From Betaproteobacteria bacterium (GTDB lineage Bacteria; Pseudomonadota; Gammaproteobacteria; Burkholderiales; Ga0077523): 64,000 nucleotides of DNA. Position 1 is the first letter of the stretch. The number at the start of each line of letters is the position of its first letter. Shown one piece after another: positions 42,242-52,203 of the stretch. The position numbers and the translations under genes were made by a program. The notes under the pieces are model-generated. The model did not search any database. It saw nothing but the letters and a program-made list of their open reading frames with translations, and was not told where the DNA came from. The stretch lies in assembly GCA_016125475.1 (NCBI GenBank), contig WGLR01000012.1:11812-75811 (forward strand), read 5' to 3'.

Positions 42242-42395
42242 TTTGGATGATCATCCTGAGTAAATAAATTAAGGTGTCGGGCAGATGCCCGAACGAACGC
42301 GGATCAACCCAGCGTTGCTGGTCGAACTGACATGCCGTGAAGGGGAGAAACAGCGAGACAAGCTAGAAACGAACTGTGAGATCCTGCGAGCGCCC

Positions 42396-42424
42396 ACAAT
42401 AACCGCGAGATTTCGGGAAAGCAA
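42396..42424 (-). promoter_or_regulatory. Candidate sigma70 promoter of csp, implying a 5'UTR of about 150 nt
   Basis: Minus strand TTGCTT-N17-TATTGT. Confidence 0.55.
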
Positions 42425-42520
42425 GCAATTTCTTTCCGATTTTGCGGGTTTGTTGCACTGCGGGCGTCCATGACCGCCGGATGCTGCGGCGCACACGTCC
42501 CGCCGGGGCCGCCTGTCGCC

Positions 42521-43576
42521 TCAGCGCCGGTCTCGCGCGCTCCCCCCTGTTTCCGGGGACAGGTGTTCCCTTTCCTCGCCGGCGCCGCCATAGGAGAGGT
42601 GTTGCGCCTTTCCCCAGAACACGCGATAGGAAAACACGGTGTAGGCCACTATCAGCGGCAGCACCACGAGCGCCCCGGCCAGGACGAAACGCAGCGACTC
42701 CGGTGCCGCTGCCGCCTGCCAGATCGTCATCCGGTTCAGGACGAGGTCCGGATACAGGCTGTATCCGAGCCCGAGGAAGGCGAAGACGAACACCCAGACG
42801 GACAGCACGAACGGCAGCCATTCGCGCTGCGAGCGGCCCTCACGCAGCAGGCCGGTCGCGCGCCAGATGGACCACAGTGCGATCGCGGTGAGGATCGGCA
42901 GCGGGACGAGAAGCCAGAAGCGGCCGTGACTGAACCACTTCTCGTAGATGACGGCGCTCGCGAGCGGCGATGCCACGCTGATCGTGGCGACCCCCAGTGC
43001 CGATCCGAGCAGGGCCGCGCGCGCCCAGCCCATCGCCTTGCGCTGCAGCGCATCCCCGGTCTTGATGACGAGCCACGTGGCCCCCAGCAGCGCGTAGCCC
43101 GAGGCAAGACCGATCCCCACGAGCGCACCGAACGCCCAGTAGACGGGGCCCTTGCCGAAACCCGTCACCAGCCCGGCCAGCATGACCCCCTGCGCGACCG
43201 CGGCCGCCGTCGAGCCGACGAAGAACAACCGGTTCCAGAGAACCTGATGCCACCCCGACGCCTTGACCCGGAACTCGAAAGCGACGCCACGCAGGATCAG
43301 CGCGATGAGCATCACCGCCACGGGCAGATACAACTGTGTGAGGATGATCCCGTGGGCCTGGGGAAACGCCACGAGCAGGATGCCGACGCCCAGTACGAGC
43401 CAGGTCTCGTTCGCATCCCAGAACGGCCCGATCGACGCCACCATGAGGTCCTGCTCGGGACGGGATGCGAACGGGAGGAGGATCCCCACGCCGAGGTCGA
43501 ATCCGTCGAGCACGACGTAGGCGAGAATCGCCAGTCCCATGAGGACCATGAAGACGAACGGCAGGTCGATGGTCAT
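42521..43576 (-). CDS. cydB: Cytochrome bd ubiquinol oxidase subunit II (CioB type)
   Basis: YVVLDGFDLGVG, IGPFWDANETWLVL, RGVAFEFR, YRVFWGK. Confidence 0.94.
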   Translation of the reverse strand: MTIDLPFVFMVLMGLAILAYVVLDGFDLGVGILLPFASRPEQDLMVASIGPFWDANETWLVLGVGILLVAFPQAHGIILTQLYLPVAVMLIALILRGVAFEFRVKASGWHQVLWNRLFFVGSTAAAVAQGVMLAGLVTGFGKGPVYWAFGALVGIGLASGYALLGATWLVIKTGDALQRKAMGWARAALLGSALGVATISVASPLASAVIYEKWFSHGRFWLLVPLPILTAIALWSIWRATGLLREGRSQREWLPFVLSVWVFVFAFLGLGYSLYPDLVLNRMTIWQAAAAPESLRFVLAGALVVLPLIVAYTVFSYRVFWGKAQHLSYGGAGEEREHLSPETGGSARDRR

Positions 43577-43577
43577 C

Positions 43578-44945
43578 TCAGAGGATCTCCCGGGGACGCA
43601 GGTGGACGTCGACAGGCCCGGATGGTCCGGTGGTGGCATCGGGGCCGGACCGTGCCTCCTTCCTGGCGAGCTGCGTGAGCACCACCATGTACGACACGAT
43701 GAGCAGCGCGTAGACGCTCGCGTAGGCCGCGAGCGTGACCGCGATGTCACCGGCGGGGACGTCCGAGGCTGCCTCGGCGGTCGTCATGAGGCCGTAGACG
43801 AGATACGGCTGACGTCCGACCTCCGTGACGATCCACCCGGCCAGCGTCGCGATCCATCCGGAGAACGTCAGGGCGGCCAGCGTTCGCAGCGCGAATCGCG
43901 GAGGGAGCCGGTTTCCGCGCGTCAGCCACGTGCCCAACCACGCCGCGCCGAGCATCAGCACGCCGACTCCGACCATGATCCGGAACGCGAAGAAGACCGG
44001 GCGAACCGGCGGATGCCTGTCAACGAACTCGTCGAGACCACGGATTTCGGCGTCCGGATCATGTTTCAGGATCAGGCTCGCGCCTCTCGGGATCTCGAGC
44101 GCGAAATCGTTGCGCTCGTGAACCGGGTCCGGCAGCGCGAAGAGCAGCAGCGGGGCGCCCCGCTCCGTGTGCCAGACGGCCTCGATGGCCGCGATCTTGG
44201 CAGGCTGGTGCGCGAGCGTGTTCAGGCCGTGCTGGTCCCCGATCGCGATCTGGATCGGAGCCAGCACGGCTGCCGTGAGCAGTCCCACCCGCAGCATGCG
44301 GCGTGCCGGGCCATGCGCCGGGTTGGACAGGAGCTGGAAGGCCGATATTCCCGCCACGAGGAATGAGACCGTGAGTCCCGACGCGACGAGCATGTGGGCG
44401 AACCGGTAGGGGAAACTCGGGGAGAAGAGGATGGCAGACCAGTCGCGTGCGTGAAACTGCCCGTCGACGATCGAGTAGCCTGCCGGCGTCTGCATCCAGG
44501 AGTTCAGCGCGAGAATCCAGAAGGCCGAGGCTGTCGTGCCGACGGCGACCAGTAATGTGGCAAGCGTGTGCAGCCAGGGCGGCACGCGGTCGCGGCCGAA
44601 GAGCATCACGCCGAGGAACGTCGCTTCGAGGAAGAACGCCGTGAGCACCTCGTACCCCAGCAACGGCCCCGCGATGTTGCCCACTTTCTGCATGAAGCCG
44701 GGCCAGTTCGTCCCGAACTGGAAACTCATCGTGACCCCCGAGACCACGCCGAGCGCGAACGACAGCGCGAAGATCTTGACCCAGAGCCGGTAGGCGGTCT
44801 CGGCCCAGACCGCGCCCCGCGACGCACGCAGACGCAGGAACAGCAGGAACCAGCCGAGTGCGATCGTGATCGTCGGGAACAGGATGTGGAACGCGATGTT
44901 CAGGCCGAACTGAACGCGGGCGAGAATCAGCGGGTCGCCGGGCAT
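43578..44945 (-). CDS. cydA: Cytochrome bd ubiquinol oxidase subunit I (short Q-loop, CioA type)
   Basis: AFHILFP, FQFGTNW, FFLEATFLG, NSWMQTP, HQPAKIAAIE, EVGRQP. Confidence 0.95.
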   Translation of the reverse strand: MPGDPLILARVQFGLNIAFHILFPTITIALGWFLLFLRLRASRGAVWAETAYRLWVKIFALSFALGVVSGVTMSFQFGTNWPGFMQKVGNIAGPLLGYEVLTAFFLEATFLGVMLFGRDRVPPWLHTLATLLVAVGTTASAFWILALNSWMQTPAGYSIVDGQFHARDWSAILFSPSFPYRFAHMLVASGLTVSFLVAGISAFQLLSNPAHGPARRMLRVGLLTAAVLAPIQIAIGDQHGLNTLAHQPAKIAAIEAVWHTERGAPLLLFALPDPVHERNDFALEIPRGASLILKHDPDAEIRGLDEFVDRHPPVRPVFFAFRIMVGVGVLMLGAAWLGTWLTRGNRLPPRFALRTLAALTFSGWIATLAGWIVTEVGRQPYLVYGLMTTAEAASDVPAGDIAVTLAAYASVYALLIVSYMVVLTQLARKEARSGPDATTGPSGPVDVHLRPREIL

Positions 44946-45054
44946 GTCAGGGACTCCAGTGACGGAAAGGGTGCGGATGCGGGCCGTTCTCGCGCGACGT
45001 CCTCGATCGCGTGCTCCACCTCATCAAGCAGACACGGGATCGCCCCGCGTGTTC

Positions 45055-45070
45055 CGTGACCTGAGTCACG
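45055..45070. promoter_or_regulatory. Candidate CRP/FNR-family operator
   Basis: Palindrome CGTGAC-CTGA-GTCACG (GTGA-N6-TCAC) in the cydA / ABC divergent region. Confidence 0.45.
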
Positions 45071-45188
45071 CTGCGCGACGCACGTGGCGTCCAGTATTGC
45101 TCGAGGGTCCGAAGCCGATGCCGCGTCGCGAACGTGACGGCCGACCTGTGCGACACTCGTTCGCCCAGACATCTGCCCCGGCCTGAAC

Positions 45189-45857
45189 ATGCTGCATCTG
45201 TCCAACGTCCGCAAGTGTTTCGCGGGACCGGCATCGCGCGAGGTGCTGAGCAACGTGTCACTCGATGTCGCGCCGGGTGAATACGTCGCGATCGTGGGGG
45301 AGTCGGGCGTCGGCAAGTCCACGCTGCTCAACGTGATCGCGGGGCTCGACCGGCCCGATGCCGGCGAGGTGATGGTGGACGGTCAGCCGGTCACGGAACT
45401 CGACGACGATGCGCTGACCCTTCTGCGCCGTCACAAGATCGGATTCGTGTTCCAGGCGTTCCACGTACTCCCGTATCTCGACGTCGCGCGCAACGTCGAA
45501 CTGCCGCTGGCACTGCTCGGTGTCGCCGGCGCGGAGCGCGACGCCCGCGTGGCCCGGCTGCTGGAGGCCGTGAGGCTCGCGAATCGTGCGCGCAGCCTGC
45601 CGCGCGAGCTTTCCGGAGGAGAACTGCAGCGTGTCGCGATCGCACGTGCGCTCGTGCACCTGCCCCGCCTCGTGCTCGCGGACGAGCCGACCGGAAATCT
45701 CGATCCGCAGACCGCGGCGGAAGTCCTGGCGCTGCTGCGCGACACCCTGCGCGATAACGGCGCTGCCGGCATTCTGGTCACGCATTCGCGGGAAGCCGCA
45801 CGAACCGCGGACAGGGTGCTTCGACTCACGCATGCCGGCCTGTCGGCGGTTCCCTGA
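45189..45857 (+). CDS. ABC transporter ATP-binding protein (LolD/MacB-like, AttE-like)
   Basis: GESGVGKS Walker [32 protein letters not shown]. Confidence 0.93.
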   Translation: MLHLSNVRKCFAGPASREVLSNVSLDVAPGEYVAIVGESGVGKSTLLNVIAGLDRPDAGEVMVDGQPVTELDDDALTLLRRHKIGFVFQAFHVLPYLDVARNVELPLALLGVAGAERDARVARLLEAVRLANRARSLPRELSGGELQRVAIARALVHLPRLVLADEPTGNLDPQTAAEVLALLRDTLRDNGAAGILVTHSREAARTADRVLRLTHAGLSAVP

Positions 45858-45881
45858 CGGGATGCCGCACCGGACGCGCCG

Positions 45882-48374
45882 ATGATTGCCCGCCTGGACC
45901 TGCTTCTCGCGCCGTTGCGCCAGCACCCTGCGCGTTCGACCGTGTCGATCGTGGCGATCGCGGTGGGGGTCGCACTGGGCCTCGCGATCCAGCTGATCAA
46001 CGCGACGGCCGTCAGCGAGTTCTCGTCCGCGGCTCGCGCGCTCGCGGGCCGCGCCGATCTGATCGTGAGGGGGCCGCGCTCGGGCTTCGACGAATCCGTC
46101 TATCCGGGGCTCGCCCGTACGCCGGGCGTCGTGACAGCCAGTCCGGCGCTCGAGGTGGACGCTCGCGTGGCCGGTACGCGGCAGACCTTGCGCGTGATCG
46201 GGATCGACGTCTTCCGCGCGGCGCGCATTCAGCCCGCGCTGCTCGGACTGGATGCCGACCTCCTGGACATGCTGCGCACCGACACGATCTTCCTGTCTCC
46301 TGCCGCGCTCGCTTCACTCGGCGTGTCGGTGGGGCAGACCATCGAACTGCAGGCGGGACTCACCGGGCGCGTGCTGCGCGTCGCCGGCACGACTGCAGCC
46401 GGCGAGGGCGGCGCGGCCGTCGGCGTGATGGACATCGGCGCTGCCCAGGCGCTGTTCCACCGTCCGGGCCGACTCACGCGCGTGGATCTCGCGCTGCGAG
46501 CGGGCACGGATCCCGCGGCGCTCGCGGCGCGTCTCGCCCTGCCTGCCGGTGTCGTCGCGACGCGCGTGGAGGCCGAAGGTCACGATCTCGCGCGCATGAC
46601 GCGGGCCTACCGTGTCAATCTGGACGTGCTCGCGCTGGTGGCACTGTTCACGGGCAGTCTGCTCGTGTTCTCGACACAGGCGCTTTCCGTCGCACGCCGC
46701 CGCGCCGAGATCGCGCTGTTGCGCGTCGTGGGGTTCACCCGCCGGCAGGTGGCGGGTCTCGTGCTCGCGCAGGGTGCGCTCATCGGCGTCGTCGGAGCCG
46801 TTCTCGGCACGGCCGGAGGTGTCGCGCTTGCCGCGGGCGTGCTGCACGTGATGGGAAGCGATCTCGGAGCCGGCTATTTCTCGGGGCTGCAGCCACGCGT
46901 CGTGGTGGGGTGGGAGGCTGCCGTGGTGTTCGGGGTCCTCGGCGTGATCGCGGCCGTCTGCGGAAGTCTCGCACCGGCCATCGAGGCCGCGTCCGCGGCA
47001 CCGACGACCGCGCTCAGGAGCGGGGACGACGCGCGCGCGTTCCGCGGTCTGCAGACACCCGTACCCGGGGTCGTCGCGATCGTTGCGGGTGCCGGCTGCG
47101 TGTTCCTGCCGCCGGTTGCGGGCCTGCCGATCTTCGGCTACGCGGCGATCGCGCTGCTGCTGCTCGGAACGATCGCGCTGCTTCCGCGCATCGTCGCCGT
47201 CCTCCTCGCGGCGGCAAGGCCGCCGCGCGCCGTGGCGGGAAGGCTCGCGCTCGAGCGCCTTCGCGCGTCGCCCGCGCAGGCTGCGGTGAGTCTCTCCGCC
47301 ATCGTGGCCGCCGTGAGCCTGGCGGTCGCGATGGCCGTCATGGTGTCCTCGTTCCGTCATTCCCTCGACGACTGGCTGCAGGGCATCCTGCCCGCCGACC
47401 TCTACCTGCGTGCGAACGACGTGGGCGACAGCGGCTTCCTGTCCGTCACGGATCAGCGCCGGATCACGGAAACGGCCGGCGTGCGGCAGGTCGAGTTCCT
47501 GCGCCGGCTCGAAGTGATCATCGAGCCGGGGCGCCCGCGCGTCGCCGTGCTCGCGCGCGACCGGGTCGACGAGGACCCCGAGCATCGGTTGCCCTTGATC
47601 GGCCCCGCGAAGCCCGGCACGCGCGACGATGCGCCCGGCGACGCCTGGATCAGCGAAGCGGCGGCCGCGATCCAGGGGTGGCGCGTCGGCCAGCGCATCG
47701 ACGTTCCGCTGGGAGGCCGCCGGTGCGCCTTCCGGGTCGCGGGAGTCTGGCGCGACTATGCCCGTCAGTCCGGTGCGATCCTCATCGACCGGAGTCGCTA
47801 CGTGGCGTTCACGGGAGACCGCACTGCCGACGATGCCGGAATCTGGCTCCGTGACCGGGCAGCCCTGTCGTCGGTGCGCGCCGCGATTGAGCGCCTCGCG
47901 CCCGACGCGATCGAGACGCTTACGCCCGAGGAAGTGCGTACCCGTTCGCTCGCGGTGTTCGACAGGACCTTCGCCGTCACCTACGCTCTGGAGATCGTCG
48001 CGGTGCTGATCGGTCTGCTGGGTCTCTCCAGTGCGATGGGGGCGGAAGTGGTCGCGCGACGCCGCGAGTTCGGCATGCTGAGGCATCTCGGCGTGACCCG
48101 TCGGGAGATCGCGACCATCCTCGCGGCCGAAGGGGCCATCGCCGCCGTGACGGGGCTCACCGTGGGCGCAGTCCTCGGATACGTCATCAGCCTGATCCTG
48201 ATCCACGTGGTCAACAGACAGTCGTTCCACTGGGGCATGACGCTGCACGTACCGTGGGCGGGAATCGCCGCGTTCTTCTGCGCGATGATCGTGGCAGCCT
48301 CCGCCACCGCGATCATCGGTGGCCGACAGGCCATGAGCGGCAGCGCCGTGAGGGCGGTTCGCGATGACTGGTGA
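45882..48374 (+). CDS. ABC transporter permease with duplicated FtsX/MacB-like domains (AttF/G-like)
   Basis: Two [TM - periplasmic domain - RR.E...LR..G - 3TM] repeats; [27 protein letters not shown]. Confidence 0.88.
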   Translation: MIARLDLLLAPLRQHPARSTVSIVAIAVGVALGLAIQLINATAVSEFSSAARALAGRADLIVRGPRSGFDESVYPGLARTPGVVTASPALEVDARVAGTRQTLRVIGIDVFRAARIQPALLGLDADLLDMLRTDTIFLSPAALASLGVSVGQTIELQAGLTGRVLRVAGTTAAGEGGAAVGVMDIGAAQALFHRPGRLTRVDLALRAGTDPAALAARLALPAGVVATRVEAEGHDLARMTRAYRVNLDVLALVALFTGSLLVFSTQALSVARRRAEIALLRVVGFTRRQVAGLVLAQGALIGVVGAVLGTAGGVALAAGVLHVMGSDLGAGYFSGLQPRVVVGWEAAVVFGVLGVIAAVCGSLAPAIEAASAAPTTALRSGDDARAFRGLQTPVPGVVAIVAGAGCVFLPPVAGLPIFGYAAIALLLLGTIALLPRIVAVLLAAARPPRAVAGRLALERLRASPAQAAVSLSAIVAAVSLAVAMAVMVSSFRHSLDDWLQGILPADLYLRANDVGDSGFLSVTDQRRITETAGVRQVEFLRRLEVIIEPGRPRVAVLARDRVDEDPEHRLPLIGPAKPGTRDDAPGDAWISEAAAAIQGWRVGQRIDVPLGGRRCAFRVAGVWRDYARQSGAILIDRSRYVAFTGDRTADDAGIWLRDRAALSSVRAAIERLAPDAIETLTPEEVRTRSLAVFDRTFAVTYALEIVAVLIGLLGLSSAMGAEVVARRREFGMLRHLGVTRREIATILAAEGAIAAVTGLTVGAVLGYVISLILIHVVNRQSFHWGMTLHVPWAGIAAFFCAMIVAASATAIIGGRQAMSGSAVRAVRDDW

Positions 48375-49470
48375 GCGCGCGATCCCGGCTGCCCGCTCCG
48401 TCGGTCGGCGCCGGTTTCTTCTCGGGCTGTCGGCGACGCTCGCGCATCCGGTCACGGCAGTTGCCATCCGCTATCCGGACGTCGTCCCCGGAACACCGCT
48501 GCGCTTTCCGCGCGACCATGGCGCACATCCCGATTTCCGGACGGAATGGTGGTATCTCACCGGGTGGCTGTACACGGATCGCCGGGAGCCTCTCGGCGCG
48601 CAACTCACGTTCTTCCGGACCCGTCCGGGCTTGCAGGAGGACAACCCGAGCCGATTCGCCCCCACGCAGCTGCTGTTCGCCCACGCCGCCCTGGCGGACC
48701 CGCGCCAGGGGCGCCTGCAGTACGGGCAGCGCGCGGCGCGCAGCGGTTTCGGTCTCGCCGCTGCCGATGAACGCACGACGGCCGTGCACATCGACGACTG
48801 GTCGCTCGATCTGCGAGAGCACGTGTACCGGGCGCAGGTGGTCACCGAAACGTTCGCGTTCGACCTCGCCTGCGCGGCGCACGAAGCCCCGCTGCTGGAG
48901 GGAAGCGGGGGATACAGCCGGAAGGGGCCCGATTCCGCGAGCGCGAGCTACTACTACAGTCGTCCCCATCTCGGCGTGAACGGCGTCCTGGAACGGAGCG
49001 GCGAACGGACTCGCGTGCGCGGCGAGGCGTGGCTCGATCACGAGTGGGCGAGCGAGATTCTCCCGCCGAGCGCTACCGGCTGGGACTGGGCCGGCATCAA
49101 TCTCGAGGACGGCGGGGCGCTGATGGCATTCCGGATCCGGGACGACGCCGGACAGGCGCTCTGGGCAGGAGGCACTCACGTCGATGCCCGGGGCGTGCGC
49201 CGCACGCTCGGCGCGCACGACGTCGCGTTCACGCCCACACGGTGGTGGGCGAGTCCACGGACCGGCATCCGCTATCCGGTGCAGGTCCGGGTGCGCGCCG
49301 GCAGGTTCACCTTCGAGACAGTGCCGTTGATGGACGACCAGGAGCTGGACGCGCGCGCGAGCGTCGGGACGGTGTACTGGGAAGGTGCCGTGCGCGCGAT
49401 CTCCGCCGGCCGTGTCGCGGGACACGGCTATCTGGAACTGACCGGGTACGGTGGCCGGCCGCGCCTGTAG
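48364..49470 (+). CDS. AttH / CrtC-like lipocalin-fold protein, Tat signal
   Basis: RRRFLL Tat motif; FPRDHGAHPDFRTEWWYLTG, SYYYSRP, WLDHEW, GWDW, DQEL, YWEG, GYLELTGY. Confidence 0.88.
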   Translation: MTGERAIPAARSVGRRRFLLGLSATLAHPVTAVAIRYPDVVPGTPLRFPRDHGAHPDFRTEWWYLTGWLYTDRREPLGAQLTFFRTRPGLQEDNPSRFAPTQLLFAHAALADPRQGRLQYGQRAARSGFGLAAADERTTAVHIDDWSLDLREHVYRAQVVTETFAFDLACAAHEAPLLEGSGGYSRKGPDSASASYYYSRPHLGVNGVLERSGERTRVRGEAWLDHEWASEILPPSATGWDWAGINLEDGGALMAFRIRDDAGQALWAGGTHVDARGVRRTLGAHDVAFTPTRWWASPRTGIRYPVQVRVRAGRFTFETVPLMDDQELDARASVGTVYWEGAVRAISAGRVAGHGYLELTGYGGRPRL

Positions 49471-49496
49471 CGCGTCGCGGCGAGGTCGCGCCGCGG

Positions 49497-49511
49497 TTTA
49501 CACAACTTTAC
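49497..49511 (-). promoter_or_regulatory. Candidate CpxR/OmpR-family binding box
   Basis: Minus strand GTAAA-GTTGT-GTAAA, an exact GTAAA-N5-GTAAA match, about 95 bp upstream of the Spy/CpxP-like gene. Confidence 0.7.
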
Positions 49512-49605
49512 GCCCGCCACAACGACGGTATACGTCCGGGGTCGAACATGGCAGCCGTGCACCGCCTCTCGCGGTGCCTCCGAAACCAGCACAAAGGAAA
49601 CCGCC

Positions 49606-50175
49606 ATGACTGCCGACGACAACACCAGGACCCCAACGACCACGAGCAAGACCTCGAAGCGCCGCTTTCTCGCCGGCGTTCTCGCGGGTAGCATCTTCGG
49701 CGGTGCGCTCGCCGCGGGCACGGGCGCACTCGCGAACGAACACGGCTGGGGGCATCACCGGTGCACGCACCGGGGGGCTCACGGCCCCCTCGATCCCGAG
49801 GCCATGCGCGAACGGATCGAATTCCGGACGGACCGCATTCTCTCCAGGGTCGACGCGACGGAGGAGCAGAAGACGAAGATCAAGGGGCTGGTCGACGACG
49901 CCATGAAGGACCTCGCATCGATGCGTGACGCCCACCGCGCGAACCGTGAGGCAATGCTCCGGAGTGTCACCGGCGAGACCGTCGATCGCGACGGCCTCGA
50001 GGCCGCGCGCCGCGCGGAGATGGATCTCGCGGACCGTGCTTCGCGACGCATCAGCCAGACGCTCGCCGACGCGGCGGATGTCCTGCGCCCGGAGCAGCGC
50101 AAGGCGCTCGGCGAGCTCGCGCGCACCTTCCGCGGTCACGGTGGCCACCGCTCCGCGGGTACCGGACGGATGTGA
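49606..50175 (+). CDS. Spy/CpxP-family periplasmic protein with His-rich N-terminus
   Basis: Signal peptide (KRRFL), ATEEQK and VLRPEQR LTxxQ-type motifs; upstream of an OmpR-family two-component system. Confidence 0.85.
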   Translation: MTADDNTRTPTTTSKTSKRRFLAGVLAGSIFGGALAAGTGALANEHGWGHHRCTHRGAHGPLDPEAMRERIEFRTDRILSRVDATEEQKTKIKGLVDDAMKDLASMRDAHRANREAMLRSVTGETVDRDGLEAARRAEMDLADRASRRISQTLADAADVLRPEQRKALGELARTFRGHGGHRSAGTGRM

Positions 50176-50182
50176 CCGCCCG

Positions 50183-50872
50183 ATGGTGCCGATGCTGCTC
50201 ATGATCGAGGACGATCGCGAACTCGCGGCGATGGTGGCCGAGTATCTCGGCCGCTACGGCTTCGAGGTCAGGGTGGCATCGACCGCTCGCGAAGGGCTCG
50301 CGCAATTCCGGCGCGAGTCCTTCGCGGCCGTACTGCTCGACATCATGCTCCCCGATGGAGACGGTCTCGACGTCTGCCGGACGCTGCGGGCCGAGTCGGA
50401 CGTGCCGGTGCTGATGCTGACCGCACGCGGCGAGCCGGCGGATCGCATAGTGGGCCTCGAACTCGGTGCGGACGACTATCTCCCGAAACCGTTCGAACCG
50501 CGCGAACTCCTCGCGAGGCTGAAAGCGGTGTTGCGACGCGGTCGGGGAAGCTCCGCCCCCCGTGACCTGCTCGTGTTCGGGCGGCTCGAACTCGACCGGG
50601 ATGCGCGCAGCGTCTCGCTCGACGCCGAGCCTGTTCCGCTGACCGGCTACCAGTTCGATCTGCTCTGGGTGCTCGCCTCCGGCGCGGGGCGCGTGATGAC
50701 GCGGGACATGCTGATGGACCGGCTGAAGGGGCACGAAATCGAGGCCTTCGACCGGAGTCTCGACGTGCACGTGTCACGCATTCGCGCGCTCATCGAGGAC
50801 GATCCGAAGCACCCGAAACGCATCCTGACCGTGCGGGGCGTCGGGTACGTGTTCGCGAAGGCGCAGGACTGA
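50183..50872 (+). CDS. OmpR-family response regulator (CpxR-like)
   Basis: IEDD, LLDIMLP, LMLTARG, GADDYLPKPF, DRSLDVHVSRIR, TVRGVGY. Confidence 0.94.
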   Translation: MVPMLLMIEDDRELAAMVAEYLGRYGFEVRVASTAREGLAQFRRESFAAVLLDIMLPDGDGLDVCRTLRAESDVPVLMLTARGEPADRIVGLELGADDYLPKPFEPRELLARLKAVLRRGRGSSAPRDLLVFGRLELDRDARSVSLDAEPVPLTGYQFDLLWVLASGAGRVMTRDMLMDRLKGHEIEAFDRSLDVHVSRIRALIEDDPKHPKRILTVRGVGYVFAKAQD

Positions 50873-50889
50873 TCTCGCGGGCGGATGCC

Positions 50890-52161
50890 GTGAAGCGCCT
50901 GTACCTGAGAATCTGGCTCGCGTTCCTCGGAATCCTCATTGCGTTCGCGGTCCTGCTCGCCGTGTCGTGGTGGCTGCTGCCCAACGACTACGACGCGCCG
51001 CGTTTCAATCGCGTGCTCTCGCTGCTGGTCGCGGAGGCGCTCGGCCCCGGTACCGAGACACCGGCCGAGGTCCAGTCCCGCCTCGCACGCGTGACCGCGA
51101 GGATGCGGGGGCAGGTCACCGTGCGTGCGGCGGACGGTACCCTTCTCGCCCACGTGGGTCCGCCGCTGCCCTGGCCCCGCACGGGTATCGAACGCAGCGG
51201 CGTGATCCGGATGGGCGGCCGTGGTCACGTCTTCGCGATGCGTCTCGACGACGGCCGGGTCGTGCTCGTCCACGCGGGTCACCGGCCGCGCCGACAGGGG
51301 CTGCTGCTGGCGATCGGACTCCTGCTGCTCACGACGGCGATCGGTTCGTACTTCGCGGCGAGACAGATGACGCGTCGACTCGAGCGACTGCGTGCGGGCG
51401 TCAACGCGCTCGGGCAGGGAGATCTCGCTGCGCGCGTCGCGGTGGAAGGGGGTGACGAGATCGCGCGCGTTGCCGAGAGCTTCAACGATGCGGCCGCGAG
51501 GATCGAGCGACTCGTGTCCGCGCACCGGAATCTGCTCGCGAACGTGTCGCACGAGCTTCGCAGTCCGCTCTCGAGAATCCGGATGGCGCTCGAACTCCTG
51601 GAGTCTTCCGTGCGTCCCGAACTGCGCGCCCGGCTGGCGCGGGACGTGACCGAACTGGACGCGCTGATCGGCGAGTTGCTGCTGTCGAGCCGGCTCCAGG
51701 CCATGCCCGACACGCAGCGTGCCGAGGTGGACATGCTGGCCGTGTGTGCCGAGGAAGCAACCGAGTTCGACGCCACCGTTTCCGGAACACCGGTCGTTCT
51801 GCAAGGCGACGAGCGTCTCCTGCGTCGTCTGGTCAGGAATCTCCTCCAGAATGCGCAGCGCTACGGCGAAGGCTCCGAAATCGAAGCGGACGTCGCCAGC
51901 GACGGACGCACGGCGACCTTGCGCGTGTCGGATCGCGGCCCCGGGGTGCCGGTCGGTGACGAGGAACGGATCTTCGAACCGTTCTACCGCCCTCGCGGGG
52001 CGCCCGAGACCGGTCAGGGTTTCGGGCTCGGGCTCGCCCTCGTCCGGCAGATCGCGCGCGAGCACGGGGGCGACGTCGTGTACCGGCGGCGGGATGGCGG
52101 CGGCAGCGTGTTCGAGGTGACCCTCCGGCTCCGGCACGCGCAGGCCGGACAGTCCGGCTGA
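50890..52161 (+). CDS. HAMP-domain sensor histidine kinase (CpxA-like)
   Basis: Two TMs, HAMP, VSHELRSPL H-box, NLLQNA, DRGPG, GFGLGL. Confidence 0.93.
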   Translation: MKRLYLRIWLAFLGILIAFAVLLAVSWWLLPNDYDAPRFNRVLSLLVAEALGPGTETPAEVQSRLARVTARMRGQVTVRAADGTLLAHVGPPLPWPRTGIERSGVIRMGGRGHVFAMRLDDGRVVLVHAGHRPRRQGLLLAIGLLLLTTAIGSYFAARQMTRRLERLRAGVNALGQGDLAARVAVEGGDEIARVAESFNDAAARIERLVSAHRNLLANVSHELRSPLSRIRMALELLESSVRPELRARLARDVTELDALIGELLLSSRLQAMPDTQRAEVDMLAVCAEEATEFDATVSGTPVVLQGDERLLRRLVRNLLQNAQRYGEGSEIEADVASDGRTATLRVSDRGPGVPVGDEERIFEPFYRPRGAPETGQGFGLGLALVRQIAREHGGDVVYRRRDGGGSVFEVTLRLRHAQAGQSG

Positions 52162-52203
52162 CCATGGACATGCCTTCGTCGGCGTGACGCCTGCCCGCGA
52201 CGT

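Noticed and set aside
44947-45261. GbsR/MarR-type regulator or cydX-like small gene next to cydAB
   Set aside because: The short ORFs here show no HTH or single-TM pattern and overlap the ABC ATPase
48364-49470. Carotenoid biosynthesis (crtC)
   Set aside because: No crt genes nearby; the Tat signal and ABC context fit the AttH-like group
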